DNA of 64,000 nucleotides from Heptranchias perlo (taxonomy: Eukaryota). Within the stretch, counting starts at the first letter, position 1, and the number at the start of each line of letters is the position of its first letter. Both the position numbers and the translations under genes were made by a program. Of the stretch, positions 60,865 to 64,000 are shown piece after piece. Below the pieces are notes generated by a model that did not search any database, was not told the DNA's origin, and worked only from the letters and a program-made list of their open reading frames with translations. Location of the stretch: positions 6,634,001-6,698,000 of the forward strand of contig NC_090345.1 in the NCBI RefSeq assembly GCF_035084215.1, given 5' to 3'.

Positions 60865-61635
60865 GTAAGACTTGCATTTATACAGCACCTTTCACGACCT
60901 CAGGACGTCCCAAAGCGCTTTACAGCCAATGAAGTACTTTTTTGAAGTGCAGTCTCTTGTAATGTAGGAAGCACAGCAACTCGCCAAGGCTTCTTCGGCA
61001 GCACCTCCCAAACCCGCGACCTCCACCACCTAGAAGGACAAGGGCAGCAGGCACATGGGAACAACACCACCTGCACGTTCCCCTCCAAGTTACACGCCGC
61101 CCCGACTTGGAAATATATCGGCCGTTCCTTCATCGTCGCTGGGTCAAAGTACTGGAACTCCCTTCCTAACAGCACTGTGGGAGAACCTTCACCACACGGA
61201 CTGCAGCGGTTCAAGAAGATGGCTCACCACCGCCTTCTCAAGGGCAACTAGGGATGGACAATAAATGCTGGCCTCGCCAACGACGCCCATGAACAAATAA
61301 AAAAAAAACGCAGCAGCCAATTTGCGCTCAGCAAGGTCTCACAAACAGCAATGTGACAATGACCAGATAATTTGTTTTGGGAGGTGTTGGTAGAGGATTG
61401 AATATTGGCCGGGACACCTGGGAGAAACCTCCCGCTTTTCTTCGAGCAATACCGTGGGATCTTTTACATCCACCTAAACAAACAGGTGGGACCGCAGTTT
61501 AACGTCTCATCCGAAAGATTCCACTTCTGACAATGTAGCTTTTTCTCAATACAGCACTGAAGTAGCAGCCTAGATTACATAATCAAATACCTGGAGTGGG
61601 GTTTGAACCCACAGCCTTCTGACACTTAAACACAG
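60865..61635. mobile_element. Minus-strand DeuSINE interrupted by plus-strand family-B LINE end (about 60972-61308)
   Basis: The SINE text gtaatgtaggaa| resumes as |acgcagcagccaatttg after the LINE poly-A. Confidence 0.88.
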
Positions 61636-62319
61636 GTATGCCTCTGCCTCTTACAGAATCAAGGATTGGGGGTGGCCGGGTGTGAATAAAATGATAGTTT
61701 TTTTCATTCAGTCTCACAGGTGGCTTTATTGAGGCCAGTTTCACACTGCCAGCTAGAATATCTGATGGGCAAGCTATCACAATGAGAAGTCAAATATCAC
61801 AGAATCAGGCAATCACACAATCGTACAGCACAGAAGGAGGCCATTCAGCCCATCATGCCTGTGTTGGCTGTTTGAAAGAGCTATCCAATTAGTTCCTGCT
61901 CTTCTCCCACAGCCTTGCAATTTTCTCCCCTTGAAGAATTAATAAAATATATATAATTATATAAATATATATAATATTAAAGTACATATGAATCCGACCT
62001 GAATTATATAAACTAACTCACATAAACCTGATTGCACTCCCTGTGCTAACCAATATTTTTTCAATTTTGAATGCAATTTTAAACATTAATATTCTGCCTT
62101 ACAGTTCCTTCTATATTTCTTTCATGATTAAATGTACATAACATGACAGTATAATAAATACAAGTTATATAAATGCAAATTGTCATTGTACATCCTGTAG
62201 CTGTGCACTGCTCCCATATTAATGTTTACAAGCTTGTATTAAATCCCTCTGTGAACTTTTTGAAAACAGGCATTATTCAATGTCGGTGAGTTAAAGCCTG
62301 TGTTACAAACTTAGCAATT

Positions 62320-62640
62320 TTTCTTCAACAACACCTCCCAAACCTGCGACCTCCACCACCTAGAAGGGCAAGGGCAGCAGGCACATGGGAACAACACCAC
62401 CTGCACGTTCCCCTTCAAGTCACACACCATCCCGACTTGGACATATATCGGCCGTTCCTTCATTGTCGCTGGGTCTGGAACTCCCTACCTAACAGCACTG
62501 TGGGAGAACTTTCACCACACGGACTGCAGCGGTTCAAGAAGACGGCTCACCACCACCTTCTCAAGGGGCAACTAGGGATGGGCAATAAATGACGGCCTTG
62601 CCAGTGACGTCCACATCCCGAGAATTCATTTTTAAAAGAC
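62320..62640 (+). mobile_element. Family-B LINE 3' end
   Basis: Matches 43600-43920. Confidence 0.9.
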
Positions 62641-63639
62641 AAGTGCGTTAAGATTGTGGATGAGAACAGCACATGGTCAGAAAGTATGCTTCACAGTGTC
62701 GAGAGCATAAGTAACTCAAATTATATTTCCCTTCCAAAGATTTCTGAGGGAGAATGAACATAACAGCTTCTTAACAGGATTATCGTAGACATTTTAACCT
62801 TGGAATTTACATAGAAAATATTCACGTAGCAGTTTGCAATGGTGCGTGTGACCCACATAAGAATTTTAATATATTACTAGTTGAGCAACTACAGTGTCAA
62901 CGGCTTGTCAAGACCAATTATAGTCCTCAGGGTTAGAAGGTAGGGGGATAATTGGACTTGAGCACACAGACTTAAACCTTACGTTTTGGCCACTTTTTTA
63001 TATTTTCAGTATAAATTCCAATATCCATATTTATAATGGGAGCTGCCTATGTAAACTAGTTGAGCTGTAATTACTTATTTCTGCCAGTGTTGGTGCTGCA
63101 GCGCCTCCACTGGTGGGCAGGTGTATTTACAGTGTGACATGTTTACATGGGCAGTTCCCATTATAATTGTGCACATAGGAATTTACAATGGTAAAAGCTG
63201 ACACGACTGCGAGCAGACTTAAGGGCCCTGATTTTATCGCGAGAGGGGATCGGTCCTTGCGAGCACCAAGCCTGCATGATGAGGCCCCGCGAGATTTTCA
63301 AGGCTGAACACCAAAGGGATGAATATGTGAATCCCAGCATGGAGCTTTACTTACTGGGAACGTATCAGGAATTGGGGCGCGCGCCCCCACAATGGCAGGG
63401 AGCCTGCCCCTTTAGTCCCTGATACACGCTCCAAGCCGAAGAAGCTCCCTCCTGGGAGCGCAGATCCGTAAAATGGCCTCCGCAGTGTCCAGTTCACATT
63501 GTAGAAATTTCCAGGCGGTCTGGACAAAAACTGGACAGGTGACAACCCTAGGGAGCTGGATTCAGACGCAGTTCCCAGAGGTGAAAGCACAATGCACCAA
63601 TTCTATCTCTCAGTTTCCCGTTTGAGGCCCTGTTGCCCT

Positions 63640-63930
63640 TGTCCCTGTGGTTTAAATGGACGTGACACCATTCGGGAAAGAGCAGTGAGTTGTCCCAGTG
63701 CCCTGCCAATATTCTTCCCCCTGCACAACACCCCCCCACCCTCCCAGCAACAAACAACAAATTAACAGGTCATCCATCTCAATGCAGTTTGTGGGATGTT
63801 GTTGGCATAGAATTGACTGCTCTGTTTGCCTACGTTACACTCAGAAAGTAATTCACTTTACGAAGCACGTTTAGATGGTCTGACGATGTGACGAGGTGCT
63901 ATATAAAGGCAAGGATTTCTTTTCTTTCAT
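63640..63930 (+). mobile_element. Degraded DeuSINE 3' half
   Basis: aggtgctatataaaggcaag + TTTC tail with a degenerate Deu body. Confidence 0.65.
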
Positions 63931-64000
63931 TGGCTAACAAGCTGGCTAGGAGCAGTCAACACGGAGGGACAATAAAGACTGGAACACTTGAGTTTCCGAG

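Noticed and set aside
16100-64000. Exons of GOLGA7B, expected upstream of SFRP5 from human synteny
   Set aside because: No matching peptide seen in the ORF track or by eye; a tiny first exon could be missed.

Overview
This is eukaryotic, repeat-dense vertebrate DNA. The CR1, L2 and DeuSINE-type repeat landscape strongly suggests a cartilaginous fish (shark). The only host coding sequence I can support is exon 1 of SFRP5, a secreted frizzled-related Wnt antagonist (minus strand, CDS 15497-14924, phase-1 GT donor). It lies in a CpG island with a TATA/CCAAT/GC-box-like promoter near 16.0-16.1 kb. Exons 2-3 are not visible: they are either in the N gaps or left of the window. The rest is intron/intergenic sequence filled with 5'-truncated CR1 LINEs, L2 LINEs, a second CR1-group LINE family, at least three SINE types, two MITEs with visible TSDs, a Penelope-like terminus and three minisatellites. 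I see no prokaryotic system and no CRISPR array, and I cannot support a wholly new biological system. The best second-look items are an LF-SINE-like element, a degenerate hammerhead ribozyme, a locally triplicated stem-loop motif (AATAAA in two of its copies), two minisatellites sharing a core, uORFs in the SFRP5 leader, and candidate SFRP5 enhancers. Repeat boundaries are approximate. Family names come from recalled consensus features, not from database searches.
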